From assembly GCA_040387895.1 (NCBI GenBank), contig JAZKCW010000017.1, positions 4,204-68,203 of the forward strand: a DNA stretch of 64,000 nucleotides, read 5' to 3'. This document shows positions 27,170 through 37,042 of the stretch, piece by piece; position 1 is the first letter of the stretch, and each line of letters starts with the position of its first letter. Source of the DNA: Gemmatimonadota bacterium. GTDB lineage: Bacteria; Gemmatimonadota; Gemmatimonadetes; Gemmatimonadales; Gemmatimonadaceae. A program made the translations under genes and the position numbers. The notes below the pieces were generated by a model. The model made no database searches and was not told the origin of the DNA. It saw nothing but the letters and a program-made list of their open reading frames with translations.

Positions 27170-28540
27170 CTACGGCGTGATCTTCTTCGGCGCCTGCTGC
27201 TTGATCTTCTCCATGTACTTCTCGAAGAAGAACTTGTGGATGTCCATCATGTTGATCTCGCGTCCCTGGATGTACGACTGGATGATGTTGCTCGTCATGT
27301 CCAGCGGCGTACCCGTCGTGATCAGCAACGTCGCTTCCTTGCCGACCTCCAGTGACCCGACCTTGTCGGCGATACCCATGCTCTCGGCGGCATTGATCGT
27401 CACCGCCTTGAGCGCTTCCTCCTCGGGCAGGCCGAACGCGACTGCCACACCGGCCTCCCACGGCAACCGATAGCTGTACAACCCGCCGCTGCCGCCGGCG
27501 ATCGCGAACTTCACACCCGCCGCATGCAGCTTGGCCGGCGTCGCGTACGCGTTGTCGTAGCTCTCGTACTGCCGGTCGGGCGCCGCCATCGTGCTCGTGA
27601 GAATCACGGTCACGCCCTCCGCCTTGAGACGATCCGCCGCGAGCAGCGCGTCGCGCCCGCCACGGATCACGAGCTTCACCTTCTCCGCACGCGCCCACGT
27701 GATGGCGTCGTTGATCTGCGCCGCGCCGTCCGCCGCAACCACCACGGGAATGGCACCATCGATCGCCGGGATCATCGCCGCGTAACGCGCATCCGTGCGG
27801 GCCGCCTGTCCGGCTTTCACGGCATCACGGTAGGCGCGCGCCTCGGCGAACCAATCGCGGATCTGCTGCACCTGCTCGGCGTACGTCTTGGGCGGCGGGC
27901 CTGCAGCGCCACCACGGCCGCCGCCACCACCACCACCGCGACCGCCCTGCCGCGCGTTCGGGTCGGGCCACTTCACGTTCAGTGCGGCCGCGCCCTTCAT
28001 CGACATCTCCTCCCACGTCCAGCCCTCGAGCGACATCGCCGACGAGAGGCCGGAGATCACGCCGCCCTCGGGCGTCGTGAACGCCACGAGCACACCGGCG
28101 GACCGCGTCGTGCCGATGTGCCGGCTCTCCGCATTCACGGCGACTTCCGCTCGCACGTTCGGGTTGAAGTCACCCAGTTCGGCGATGTCGTTGGACACCT
28201 CCACCGATCCGATCTCGGTGATGCCGACGGTGCTGTACGCGTCGACGAGGCCGGGGTAGATGTGCTTGCCGGCGAGCTCCACCACCTTCGCCGCGCGCGG
28301 AATCGCGACCTCGGGGCCGCCGATCGCGGTGATCTTGCCGCGCTCGAGCACGATGGTGCCGTTGGTGATCGTTCCCTTGGTCACCGTGTGGATCGTCGCG
28401 CCGCGCAGCACGACGGGGGCCTCCTGCGGCGGCACGGTCATGCGCACCTGCGCGCCCGCCACGGCCGGAGCGACTACTCCGGCGATGGCCGTCGCGAGAG
28501 CGAGTGTGGCTCCCCGCACGGTCGTCTTCATCGTTCGCAT
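27170..28540 (-). CDS. Secreted amidohydrolase family protein (COG1228-like)
   Basis: Signal peptide MRTMKTTVRGATLALATAIAGVVAPAVAGAQ. GKHIYPGLVDAYS and the C-terminal IADKVGSLEVGKEATLLI are typical of the amidohydrolase fold. Poly-Gly/Arg insert QGGRGGGGGGGRGGAAGPPP. Confidence 0.8.
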   Translation of the reverse strand: MRTMKTTVRGATLALATAIAGVVAPAVAGAQVRMTVPPQEAPVVLRGATIHTVTKGTITNGTIVLERGKITAIGGPEVAIPRAAKVVELAGKHIYPGLVDAYSTVGITEIGSVEVSNDIAELGDFNPNVRAEVAVNAESRHIGTTRSAGVLVAFTTPEGGVISGLSSAMSLEGWTWEEMSMKGAAALNVKWPDPNARQGGRGGGGGGGRGGAAGPPPKTYAEQVQQIRDWFAEARAYRDAVKAGQAARTDARYAAMIPAIDGAIPVVVAADGAAQINDAITWARAEKVKLVIRGGRDALLAADRLKAEGVTVILTSTMAAPDRQYESYDNAYATPAKLHAAGVKFAIAGGSGGLYSYRLPWEAGVAVAFGLPEEEALKAVTINAAESMGIADKVGSLEVGKEATLLITTGTPLDMTSNIIQSYIQGREINMMDIHKFFFEKYMEKIKQQAPKKITP

Positions 28541-28569
28541 GGATTGGTGTGCTGGAAGGAATGAGCTGG

Positions 28570-31569
28570 TCACTTGCGGGCTCCGTCGCCGCCGCGGCCA
28601 CCACGGCCGCCGGCCGCCGGCGCTTCACTCGCGCCGGCCGCGATCACGGCCTGGATGAGCTGCGCGCGCTGCTTGGCGATGTCTTCACGAAGCACCTTGT
28701 CCTCGTCGAGCGAGAAATACTTGCGGCCGTCCACCCACGTCTGCTCGGCCTTCGTGAACTGCGAGAGCGGGTTGCCGCTCCAGATCACGAAGTCCGCGTC
28801 CTTGCCGGCTTCGAGCGAACCGACCTTGTTGTCGATGGCGATCGCCTTGGCCGACTGGTTGGTGACGGTCGACAGCGCATCGATCTCGTTGACGCCGGAG
28901 CGCAGCAGCTTGCCCGCCTCCCAGTTCATGCGCGTCGAGATCTCGGCGTCGTCGGAGTGCAGCGACGTCACCACGCCCGCCTCCATCAGCAGGCGCGCGT
29001 TGTACGACGTGGCGTCGTACGACTCGAGCTTGAACGCGCCCCAGTCGCTCCACACCACCGCGGCCACGCCCGAGTTCTTGAGCTCAGTCGCGATCTTGTA
29101 CGCTTCCACGCCGTGCTGCAGCGTCTGGATGCGGAACTTGAACTCTTCGGCCAGGCGCACCAGCGCGAGGAACTCGTCGGCGCGGTAGCCGTGCGACGAC
29201 ACGAGCAGCTTCTGGTTGAGGATGTCGAGAATGGCTTCCATGCGCAGGTCCTTCCGCGGCGGGATGCCCTTCTTGTCCTTCTCCCAGGCCTTCCACTCCT
29301 TCTCGTAGTCACGCGCCGCGAGGAAGTGGTCGCGGATGATCTCCTGCACACCCATGCGGGTGTTCGGATAGCGCGTCGGGCTGCGCTTCGGGTTCTCGCC
29401 GAGTGCGAACTTCACCGTGCGCGGCGCGCCCTGGATCTTGAAGTCGTCGGGCAATCCGCCCCACCGCGTCTTCACGAACACGTTCTCGCCGCCGATCGGG
29501 TTGGCGGAACCGTGCTTGATCATCGTGGTGGTGAGACCACCGGCGAGCTGGCGATAGTACCAGATGTTGTTGTGCGTCAGCACGTCGCCCATCTGCACTT
29601 CGGGGACGATCGCGAAACCGCTCTCGTTCACCGCGCTCACACCGGAGTGCGTGTGCGGGTCGATGAGGCCCGGCGTGACATGCTTGCCGGCCGCGTTGAT
29701 CTCGATCGCGCCTGCGGGCGCCGTCAGCTTCTGCCCGACGCGCACCACCTTGCCGGCCTGCACGAGCAAGTCCGCGTTCTCGAGCTTGCCCTGCGGGCCC
29801 TGCGTCCACACCGTCGCATTGCGCACGATCACGGCGGCGGGCTGCGCGGGCGCGGACGTGCGGCCGAACTCCATGCTTGGCCGAATGAACGGCAGGTCGA
29901 TCTTCGGCACCTTCACGGCGATGATGCCGCGCGCGGGGCCCTCGAACGCTTCGGTGCGCGAGCCGCGGTAGCGTGCATCGGTGCCGTTCGGCAGCGACAG
30001 CCAGCCGAAGAACGTCGTGTCGCGCACGCTGCCCGCGAGCAGCAGCGCGCCCTCCTGGCCGATCGCCTCACCCGCGAACGTCGCCTCGAGGCGTCCCGTC
30101 TCCGCGATGATGCGCACGGCGGTGAGGTTCACCGGGCGACGGCCCGCGAGTTCGATGGTGCCGCGGATGCGGTTGAGCGGGCCGTCGAGCCGCAGCGTTG
30201 CCGTCTTGAACGTGCCGGCATCGTCGGAGGTGATCGTCCACGTGCCGCGCGGGTCGACCTGCGGCGGGCGCGTGACGCCGTACTGACGGCCCTGCACCCA
30301 CACGTCGCGCACGCTCGACTCTTCGGTGAAGAGGTCGCCGTCGCTGATCACGAGATTGGCGGACTTGCCGACGGCGATCGTGCCGTGCGTCTTGTCGATG
30401 CCGAGCATTGCGGCCGGCACCGTCGTCAGCGCAGCGAGCGCCTTGTCGGCGGCGAGTCCACGTGAGACGGCGGTGCGCAGGTTCGGGAGGAACTGCTGCA
30501 GCGATGACAAGCCGTCCGCCGTGATGGCGAAGGGAATGCCGGCGGCGGCCAGCTGCGACGGATTCGTCGGCGCGAGGTACCAGTGGCGCAGATCCGCGAG
30601 CGAGACGTTCACCGCAGCTTCCGGGCTCGACACGTTCGGTGCGTCGGGAAACGTCAGCGGCAGGACCAGCGGCTGCGTGCGTCCCTTCAGCACGTCGATG
30701 AGCCGGTATTCCTGGCCGCTGCCGCGGAACCACGGCACCAGCTTGTACTCCTGCGCGAGCTTGTAGGCGCGCAGGTATTCCTCTTCGCTGTCCGTCTCGA
30801 AGAAGACCGGCTGCTGGCCCTTCACGGCCTTGCTCAGGGCAGACAGCGCTTCACTCGTTTCCGGCGGCAGCCCGGCACGGCCACCCGTCTCGTGGGCGGC
30901 CCACGCGCGGCCATACCACTCGGCGTCCATGAGCGTCTGCTTCATCAGCGCGACGGTGCCCATGGCGGAGTTCGGGTACATGCCGCCGAGCGCGAAGGAG
31001 CGCTGGAAGCCGATGGCCTGCACGAGGTCGGGGCGCATCACGCGGTCACGCGGGCCGCCGTCGCCGAGGCTGAGCACCGACGCCGTGCCGCGAAAGATTC
31101 CCTGACGCGGCACCGCGAGCGCGGCGCCGAAGCCGAGGGAGCGGAGGCCGGTACGGCGCGTGGTGTCGTCCTTGAGGTTCGACGTGGTGCTGAACCACGC
31201 GCGGACCTGGGGATTCCAGTGCGTCGGGCCGACGTCACCACCCGTCGCCGGCGCGTCACCGCCGAGGTCGCCTGAAGCGTCGATGAAGCCGGGGTACACG
31301 GTGAGGCCCTTGAGGTCCCACACGCGCGCACCCGCTGGCGGGGCGGCCCCTGCGCCGACGAACGCGATGAGCCCGTTCCGGATGACGACCGTGGCGTTGT
31401 TCAGGACCTGACCAGGCGCCGTGACCACACGCGCGCCGACGAGCGCGTGGTAGCCGGTGCCGTTGTCGCGCAGGCCGGTGACGGGTTCGATGCGGGAGGA
31501 CTGCTGGGCCTCGAGCGAGCCGGCGACGACTGTCGCTAGGACGAAGAGGGGGGTTCGGAACGCTCTCAC
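28570..31569 (-). CDS. Large secreted amidohydrolase family protein (999 aa)
   Basis: Signal peptide MRAFRTPLFVLATVVAGSLEAQ. GKHVTPGLIDPHTHSG (metal-binding HxH region), VSSHGYRADE and GSLEAGKDADFVIW. C-terminal RGG tail GGRGGRGGDGARK. Its stop overlaps a possible GTG of the downstream gene. Confidence 0.8.
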   Translation of the reverse strand: MRAFRTPLFVLATVVAGSLEAQQSSRIEPVTGLRDNGTGYHALVGARVVTAPGQVLNNATVVIRNGLIAFVGAGAAPPAGARVWDLKGLTVYPGFIDASGDLGGDAPATGGDVGPTHWNPQVRAWFSTTSNLKDDTTRRTGLRSLGFGAALAVPRQGIFRGTASVLSLGDGGPRDRVMRPDLVQAIGFQRSFALGGMYPNSAMGTVALMKQTLMDAEWYGRAWAAHETGGRAGLPPETSEALSALSKAVKGQQPVFFETDSEEEYLRAYKLAQEYKLVPWFRGSGQEYRLIDVLKGRTQPLVLPLTFPDAPNVSSPEAAVNVSLADLRHWYLAPTNPSQLAAAGIPFAITADGLSSLQQFLPNLRTAVSRGLAADKALAALTTVPAAMLGIDKTHGTIAVGKSANLVISDGDLFTEESSVRDVWVQGRQYGVTRPPQVDPRGTWTITSDDAGTFKTATLRLDGPLNRIRGTIELAGRRPVNLTAVRIIAETGRLEATFAGEAIGQEGALLLAGSVRDTTFFGWLSLPNGTDARYRGSRTEAFEGPARGIIAVKVPKIDLPFIRPSMEFGRTSAPAQPAAVIVRNATVWTQGPQGKLENADLLVQAGKVVRVGQKLTAPAGAIEINAAGKHVTPGLIDPHTHSGVSAVNESGFAIVPEVQMGDVLTHNNIWYYRQLAGGLTTTMIKHGSANPIGGENVFVKTRWGGLPDDFKIQGAPRTVKFALGENPKRSPTRYPNTRMGVQEIIRDHFLAARDYEKEWKAWEKDKKGIPPRKDLRMEAILDILNQKLLVSSHGYRADEFLALVRLAEEFKFRIQTLQHGVEAYKIATELKNSGVAAVVWSDWGAFKLESYDATSYNARLLMEAGVVTSLHSDDAEISTRMNWEAGKLLRSGVNEIDALSTVTNQSAKAIAIDNKVGSLEAGKDADFVIWSGNPLSQFTKAEQTWVDGRKYFSLDEDKVLREDIAKQRAQLIQAVIAAGASEAPAAGGRGGRGGDGARK

Positions 31570-31764
31570 GAAGGGCTCCCAGGACGGCCGGCTTGGCAGC
31601 CGTCGGTGGAGAAATGGTGGGGTCGACGTCGGCGGCGCTCAGATTGGGTAGCGGCCCGCGTCAGCCTGCAGAGAATCGCCTGAGGACTACGCGGGGGGCA
31701 AGGAGGAGGTTGGAGAACCTGCGCCTCTCAGGCCCTTTCGGCCGGCGCGCCGTATTTTCCGGAG

Positions 31765-33102
31765 ATGCCGATGCTCTCCTTCCGCACCGCCCGGCCGCTC
31801 CTCGCGCTGGTGACCCTGTCTGCCTGCCTCATCACGCCGCTCGCCGCGCAGGCGCCCGCCGAGCACGCGCGGACACGATGGGAGCGGCTGTGCCAGATCC
31901 GGCGCGATCAGTTCGATCTCATTCTCCCGGCTGCATTGCGTGACCACGGTGTCGACATGTGGATCGTGATGCAGAAGGAGAACCAGTTCGATCCGATGTA
32001 CGACGACCTTGGTCGTGGGTATGTCGGCAGCGTCGGGTACTGGATCTTCACGGATCGTGGTGGCGACCGCATCGAGCGCGCCGCCATCGGAGTGTCGGGC
32101 TACCAGCTGGACAAGTGCGGCTACGACCTCGTGCGGGGATTTGCGCCGCTCAGACCCTTCGTCACGGAGCGCAATCCCAAACGGATCGCGATCAACACGT
32201 CGGAAGGGATCGGCGCGGCCGATGGCATTTCCAAGACCAGCTACGATCGACTCATCAAGGAGCTTGGGCCGGAGTTTGCGTCGCGCGTGGTGTCCGCGGA
32301 GCGCGTGGTGTCGGACTTCCGAAGCGGCTTCACGGCGTCCCGTCTCGTCGCATTGGGCGAGGCCGGCGAGCTCTCCCGTCGACTCGCGGACCGCGCGCTG
32401 TCCAACGAGATCATCGTGCCAGGCGTGACGACTCTCGAAGACGTGTCGTGGTGGATGATGGATCAGCTACAGCAGCGCGGACTCGGCTCGAGTTTCGAGA
32501 TGCCATCGGTGTACATCACGGGGCCGAAGGGCATCGAGGCGACCTCGAACGATCGCATCATCCAGCGTGGCGACCTGCTGATGATCGACTGGGGCGTCGG
32601 CTACCTGAACACGTGGACCGATGTCAAGCGAATCGCCTACGTGTTGAAGGCCGGCGAGACGGCGGCGCCCAAGGGACTGCAGACCGCGTTCGACAACGCG
32701 GTCAAGGTGCGCGATATCATCCGCCGGACGATCAAGCCGGGACCGACCGCCGGGCAGATGATCGAGCAGCTGGGCGCCTCGATTACCGCGGCCGGCTATC
32801 GCATGCAGGGCACGTTCAACGAGGTCGCTGGCGACAACAAGATCGAGGTGAACATCGGCTGTCACTCGGTGGGTGATCGTGGCCACGGGAGCGGTCCCTC
32901 CATCGCCTGGTTCAATCCCCGGCAGCAGGCGTTCCCCATCAAGCCGTTCAATCCCTTCTCGATCGAGCTGTTCGTGTGGACGCCCGTGGCAGAGTGGGGC
33001 GGTGCGAAGGCGCGCATTCCGCTCGAGGACGATGCCATCGTGACGCAGCGCGGGGTGGAGTGGCTGTATCCCATCAACGAACGCATCCGGTTGATCAAGT
33101 AA
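31765..33102 (+). CDS. M24 family metallopeptidase (Xaa-Pro aminopeptidase/creatinase-like), secreted
   Basis: Signal peptide ...LVTLSACLITPLAAQ. GDLLMIDWGVGYLNTWTDVKR and GCHSVGDRGHGSGP resemble the pita-bread fold metal ligand regions. Start is ATG 31765 or 31771. Confidence 0.75.
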   Translation: MPMLSFRTARPLLALVTLSACLITPLAAQAPAEHARTRWERLCQIRRDQFDLILPAALRDHGVDMWIVMQKENQFDPMYDDLGRGYVGSVGYWIFTDRGGDRIERAAIGVSGYQLDKCGYDLVRGFAPLRPFVTERNPKRIAINTSEGIGAADGISKTSYDRLIKELGPEFASRVVSAERVVSDFRSGFTASRLVALGEAGELSRRLADRALSNEIIVPGVTTLEDVSWWMMDQLQQRGLGSSFEMPSVYITGPKGIEATSNDRIIQRGDLLMIDWGVGYLNTWTDVKRIAYVLKAGETAAPKGLQTAFDNAVKVRDIIRRTIKPGPTAGQMIEQLGASITAAGYRMQGTFNEVAGDNKIEVNIGCHSVGDRGHGSGPSIAWFNPRQQAFPIKPFNPFSIELFVWTPVAEWGGAKARIPLEDDAIVTQRGVEWLYPINERIRLIK

Positions 33103-33117
33103 CGAAGAGGACGTGCG

Positions 33118-33642
33118 ATGACTCAGTCTCCCGCCATTCGCCTCGTACGCGTGACGGACGCCGTCGCGCTTTCCGCGCACGATCCGGCGGCGCTCGAGGG
33201 TCACTGCAACGCGTCGGTGGATGGTGTCGCCGACATGATCGCGGCCGTGATCGAGCAGGGCGAGGCGCACCGCGGGCGGACAGGCGCGCCTCGGGAGTGG
33301 GGTGCGTTCCTGGCCGTGGACGACGCCGAACGAGCGGTGATCGGCACGTGCGCCTACGTGAATGCGCCGGACGCACATGGTGCAGTGGAGATCGCGTACT
33401 TCACGTTTCCGCAGTACGAACGGCGTGGCTACGGCGGCGCGATGGCCGGTGCGCTGCTGGCCGACGCCGCCGCGACCGGTGCGGTCAAGCTCGTGTACGC
33501 GCACACGCTGCCCGAGATCAATGCATCGACGCGCATCCTGGCGCGGCATGGGTTCGCGCAGACCGGCACCGCGCACGATGAGGAGGCGGGCGAGGTGTGG
33601 CGGTGGGAGCGCGCGGTTGATGGGCAGGTGAAACAGCCGTGA
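33118..33642 (+). CDS. GNAT family N-acetyltransferase
   Basis: VEIAYFTFPQYERRGYGGAMAGALL matches the acetyl-CoA binding motif A region. Confidence 0.8.
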   Translation: MTQSPAIRLVRVTDAVALSAHDPAALEGHCNASVDGVADMIAAVIEQGEAHRGRTGAPREWGAFLAVDDAERAVIGTCAYVNAPDAHGAVEIAYFTFPQYERRGYGGAMAGALLADAAATGAVKLVYAHTLPEINASTRILARHGFAQTGTAHDEEAGEVWRWERAVDGQVKQP

Positions 33643-34019
33643 AACCCAGCACGCAGACGGTCGCATCCCTGCTCACGATTATCATCCTGCCATTTCACAT
33701 CGGCGGCGACGTGATGCTCGGGTTCGACCGCGGAGGATCCGGGCTCCTGTTCGTCGTAGTGCCGATCCTGCTCGTGCTGGCGTGCGGCACGCTGCTGCTG
33801 GCCGAGCGACGATCTGGGCACGTCATCATGCTGCTCGGCGGGCTCGCGGCGCTGGCGATGCCCATCATCCACCGGAACAACGGGTTCACACCGGCGGTGG
33901 CGCGTGCCCCCGGGGGGCTCTTCTTCATCTGGACGCTCGTCGCGCTCGGCGTGACGGGCGGCCTCGCGGTGATTCTCTCGGTGCGCGGACTCATGAAGCC
34001 GCGCGCACCGGAAAGGTGA
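33639..34019 (+). CDS. Small integral membrane protein
   Basis: Four hydrophobic segments. GTGA overlap with the GNAT stop. Confidence 0.6.
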   Translation: MKPSTQTVASLLTIIILPFHIGGDVMLGFDRGGSGLLFVVVPILLVLACGTLLLAERRSGHVIMLLGGLAALAMPIIHRNNGFTPAVARAPGGLFFIWTLVALGVTGGLAVILSVRGLMKPRAPER

Positions 34020-34021
34020 CG

Positions 34022-37000
34022 TCAGCCGGGGCGCTTCCGCTGGAGCCACCGGGCTCCCGTCACCTGACAGCCGGCATCATCCCGCTCGAGTCTCACGTCG
34101 GTGATCTCGTCGGCCAGGATCCACGTGGGCCGTGATCCCACAGGAATCAGCAGCACACCCGATGCGGGCGTGAGGGCGAGGCGGTGCATCGTCGTCGTGT
34201 CGTGCGAACGGGCCGACCATGTGAGGTGCATGGGAGCCATCGGAGCCTCTGAAACCGCGCACTGCAGCTCGACGCGCAGTACGTCGAAGCGCGGCAGTGC
34301 TGCTTTAGAATCACTCGTCGCCACCGGCTCCAGGCGCGTCACCAGATCGCCCGAGGCCACGAGCTTCGCATCGCGGTGCACTGACGTGAACGACGGGTCG
34401 AGCGTGCCAACGGATGCGCCCCACGCCGCGGGTAGGCTCCTCAGATCGCTCACTGCGAACACGCGATCGAAGAGCACCATGGGTGCCGCGCCGCCCTGCA
34501 CGAACGCGGCGAACTCAGGCCGCGCCGCGAGATCCCGTCTCACCGCGAACACGTAGCCGTCGCGGTCGAACGGGACGTAGTCGGCGAGTGCGAATCGATA
34601 CAGCCAGTAGGCTCGCAGTGCAGCGCTGCCGCCGTCGAGCTCGAAGTTGCTGGCGTGCAGCAGCAGCAATGGCACGCGTGCCGATGCGAGTTCCGCCGCA
34701 GTGCGCGCCTGTGCACGCTCATCGGCGAGGTAGTACGGCGAGGTCCACCGGGTTGCAGGCGGTCGATCGAAGTAGACGTAGCGTGCGTTGTGGTTGGTGA
34801 AGTCGTAGTACGAAGTGCGGGCCGGCAGCATCTCGTCCAGCAGGCGGCGGATGTGCTGCAGCTCGCCCAGATGCGCGGAATCGAAACGTGCCCGCCCCAC
34901 CCGATGCAGTTGGGAGACAGGTTCGTGGACGAGGCCGTCGGCGACGTTGAACTGGCGGGGAATCCTGAGCGCGTTGGTGCTCAACGACGTCGATCCCTCG
35001 CTCGACGCATCCGCACTCACGTGCGCAGCGGAGGCGAGAAAGATTGCGGCGACTGCCAGCGCGCCGCGAACCGCTGCATCCCCGCGTCGTCGCGCGACGA
35101 GTGGCGTCAGGGCACATGCCAGCAGCGTGAGCGCTCCAATCCGCGAGGAGACATCGGCGTCGATGCGGCCGAGCACACGGGGCAGGAACACGATCACTGT
35201 CGCCAGGACGGAAACCGGCACTGCGATTTCCAACCGGTTCAGGCGTTGCAGGGCGTTGCGAAGCTTCGAGTCGGTTAACGTGTCTCCCGGCTGCAGCCAT
35301 GCACGGGTTGCCGCCCACGCCATGCACGCGCCGACGACCAGGCAGAACGCGCGAAAGACCTCGCGAACGACGGGATTCCCGACCCGTGAACCGGTGAAGC
35401 TCTCCGACCACGGGATACCGCTGCCCACGGTGTTGATCGTGACGTTGTCCGCGAAATAGAAGCGCACGCCTGCCCAGATCTCGCGAAACGTCGGGCTGAC
35501 GAGGGCGAGCAGGGCGACGCACGCGAACGTGAAGGCAGCGGCGGCGACGAGCCAACCGCGGCCGCGCATGCTGCTGTTGAACGCCGCATAGAGCAGGAGC
35601 GGCATCGTGGCCGCCGTATACAGCATTCCCTGCCCGGGCGCGACCGCAAAGAACACGAGCGAGGAAAAGAGCCAGAACAGCGATGCTGCCGGATTCCGTC
35701 CACGCACCATCAGGCCGACCTGCACGCTGGCGCCGGCGACATACAGGTAGTCGATGCGCGTCAACGGGGACGCGAAGTCGAGCACGGTGATCGCCACCAG
35801 TGCGGCGCCCGTACCCGCCCCATAGCGCATCGCGAAGAACACGACACCGGAATAGAGCAGCGCCAATGCGGGCCGAAGGAGTGCGACGTCGGCGGCGCTC
35901 CCGGTCATGAAGAGCGCGGACAACCCGGCGTCGGCCAGTGAAATGAACCCGCGCACCGGCATCAGGTCGGCGTACGGAACCAGGCCGAAGTCGCGCCACC
36001 CGGCCCACGGCAGGAGCAACTCGCCGAAATGCCAGTCGTCCACCGGCACGAACGGCAGTGTCGTGAACGGCGAGCGCAGGATCCAGACGCAGAGGAGCAG
36101 CGCCAGCGGTGACGCGAACGATGTCGCCGACCGGAGGTCGATGCTCGCGGCCTTTCCGCGTGCCGTGCGCACGATGTCGAGCAGCACGGCGATCGCGGCC
36201 AGTGCCGACAATGCTGCAAGCGGCAGCGAGACGCTCTGGATGCGGGTGAGACCCGTGTCGCCCATGAGCGGCGTCGGAATCACGCCGAGTGCAAGCAGCG
36301 GAATGGCGAGCTGCGACAGGAGTGCGAGACGGCGCCAGTCGACACGAGGCGACGAGTCGCCACGTGAGCGGTGCAGGCTGACGATCACCACAACCACACC
36401 GGCCAGGTAGCCGACCGGAAACGCCGGCACGCGCACGGGCACCAGCAGCGCGCGGTTGAGGAAGTAGAGCACACCGAGCGCGGAGAAACCCGCAAGCAAC
36501 GGAACGAGCATCAGTGCCATGGCCCCTTCGGCACCCGCGCCGCCACGTGACCATCGCGTCACCCACGCGCCGACGGTCCACCAGCCGATGAGGGCTGCGG
36601 CGACGAACAGCCACGACATACCGGACAGTGGGTTCATCAGCGTCTGTGCGAACCACACGGCGCCTGGCACACACGCAAGCTGCAGTGCACCGAGGTCGGC
36701 CAGCCCTTGCTGGCGATACGCGTCTGCGGCGACGCGGAGGCTCCACAACGCGACCGGCAGCGCGAGCATGAACGCCAGCGCCGCCGCAGGTTCGCCGCCC
36801 TTGGACGACGCATTCCAGGCGAGTGCTCCGGTCACCAGCTGCGGGTATTGTTGTGGACTCTGCAGGAGCCGATGGGTCGCGAGCGCGCACGCGAGCGCGA
36901 AAAGCAGCGACGCAAAGATCAGGAAGCCCGCTCGCAGCGCCCCGTGCGCCGGTACGAGCGTGTGCGGTACGGGCGTGTGCGATACGAGCGTGTGCGATAC

Positions 37001-37042
37001 GAGCGTGTGCGGTTCCGCGTCGCGCTGAAGTCCCGGGATCAA
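34022..37042 (-). CDS. Uncharacterised polytopic membrane protein (~1006 aa, roughly 16-20 TM segments plus ~400-aa C-terminal soluble domain)
   Basis: Long run of hydrophobic segments with high GC3 throughout. Start proposed at TTG 37042, forming a TTGA overlap with the methyltransferase stop. ATG 37312 would overlap the upstream gene by 270 nt with an Arg-rich N-terminus. No family motif recognised. Confidence 0.75.
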   Translation of the reverse strand: MIPGLQRDAEPHTLVSHTLVSHTPVPHTLVPAHGALRAGFLIFASLLFALACALATHRLLQSPQQYPQLVTGALAWNASSKGGEPAAALAFMLALPVALWSLRVAADAYRQQGLADLGALQLACVPGAVWFAQTLMNPLSGMSWLFVAAALIGWWTVGAWVTRWSRGGAGAEGAMALMLVPLLAGFSALGVLYFLNRALLVPVRVPAFPVGYLAGVVVVIVSLHRSRGDSSPRVDWRRLALLSQLAIPLLALGVIPTPLMGDTGLTRIQSVSLPLAALSALAAIAVLLDIVRTARGKAASIDLRSATSFASPLALLLCVWILRSPFTTLPFVPVDDWHFGELLLPWAGWRDFGLVPYADLMPVRGFISLADAGLSALFMTGSAADVALLRPALALLYSGVVFFAMRYGAGTGAALVAITVLDFASPLTRIDYLYVAGASVQVGLMVRGRNPAASLFWLFSSLVFFAVAPGQGMLYTAATMPLLLYAAFNSSMRGRGWLVAAAAFTFACVALLALVSPTFREIWAGVRFYFADNVTINTVGSGIPWSESFTGSRVGNPVVREVFRAFCLVVGACMAWAATRAWLQPGDTLTDSKLRNALQRLNRLEIAVPVSVLATVIVFLPRVLGRIDADVSSRIGALTLLACALTPLVARRRGDAAVRGALAVAAIFLASAAHVSADASSEGSTSLSTNALRIPRQFNVADGLVHEPVSQLHRVGRARFDSAHLGELQHIRRLLDEMLPARTSYYDFTNHNARYVYFDRPPATRWTSPYYLADERAQARTAAELASARVPLLLLHASNFELDGGSAALRAYWLYRFALADYVPFDRDGYVFAVRRDLAARPEFAAFVQGGAAPMVLFDRVFAVSDLRSLPAAWGASVGTLDPSFTSVHRDAKLVASGDLVTRLEPVATSDSKAALPRFDVLRVELQCAVSEAPMAPMHLTWSARSHDTTTMHRLALTPASGVLLIPVGSRPTWILADEITDVRLERDDAGCQVTGARWLQRKRPG
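36951..37010 (-). repeat. 15-bp tandem repeat x4, coding (HTLVS-HTLVS-HTPVP-HTLVP)
   Basis: + strand units are ggtacgagcgtgtgc, ggtacgggcgtgtgc, gatacgagcgtgtgc and gatacgagcgtgtgc. In frame near the 5' end of the giant membrane protein gene. Confidence 0.95.
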
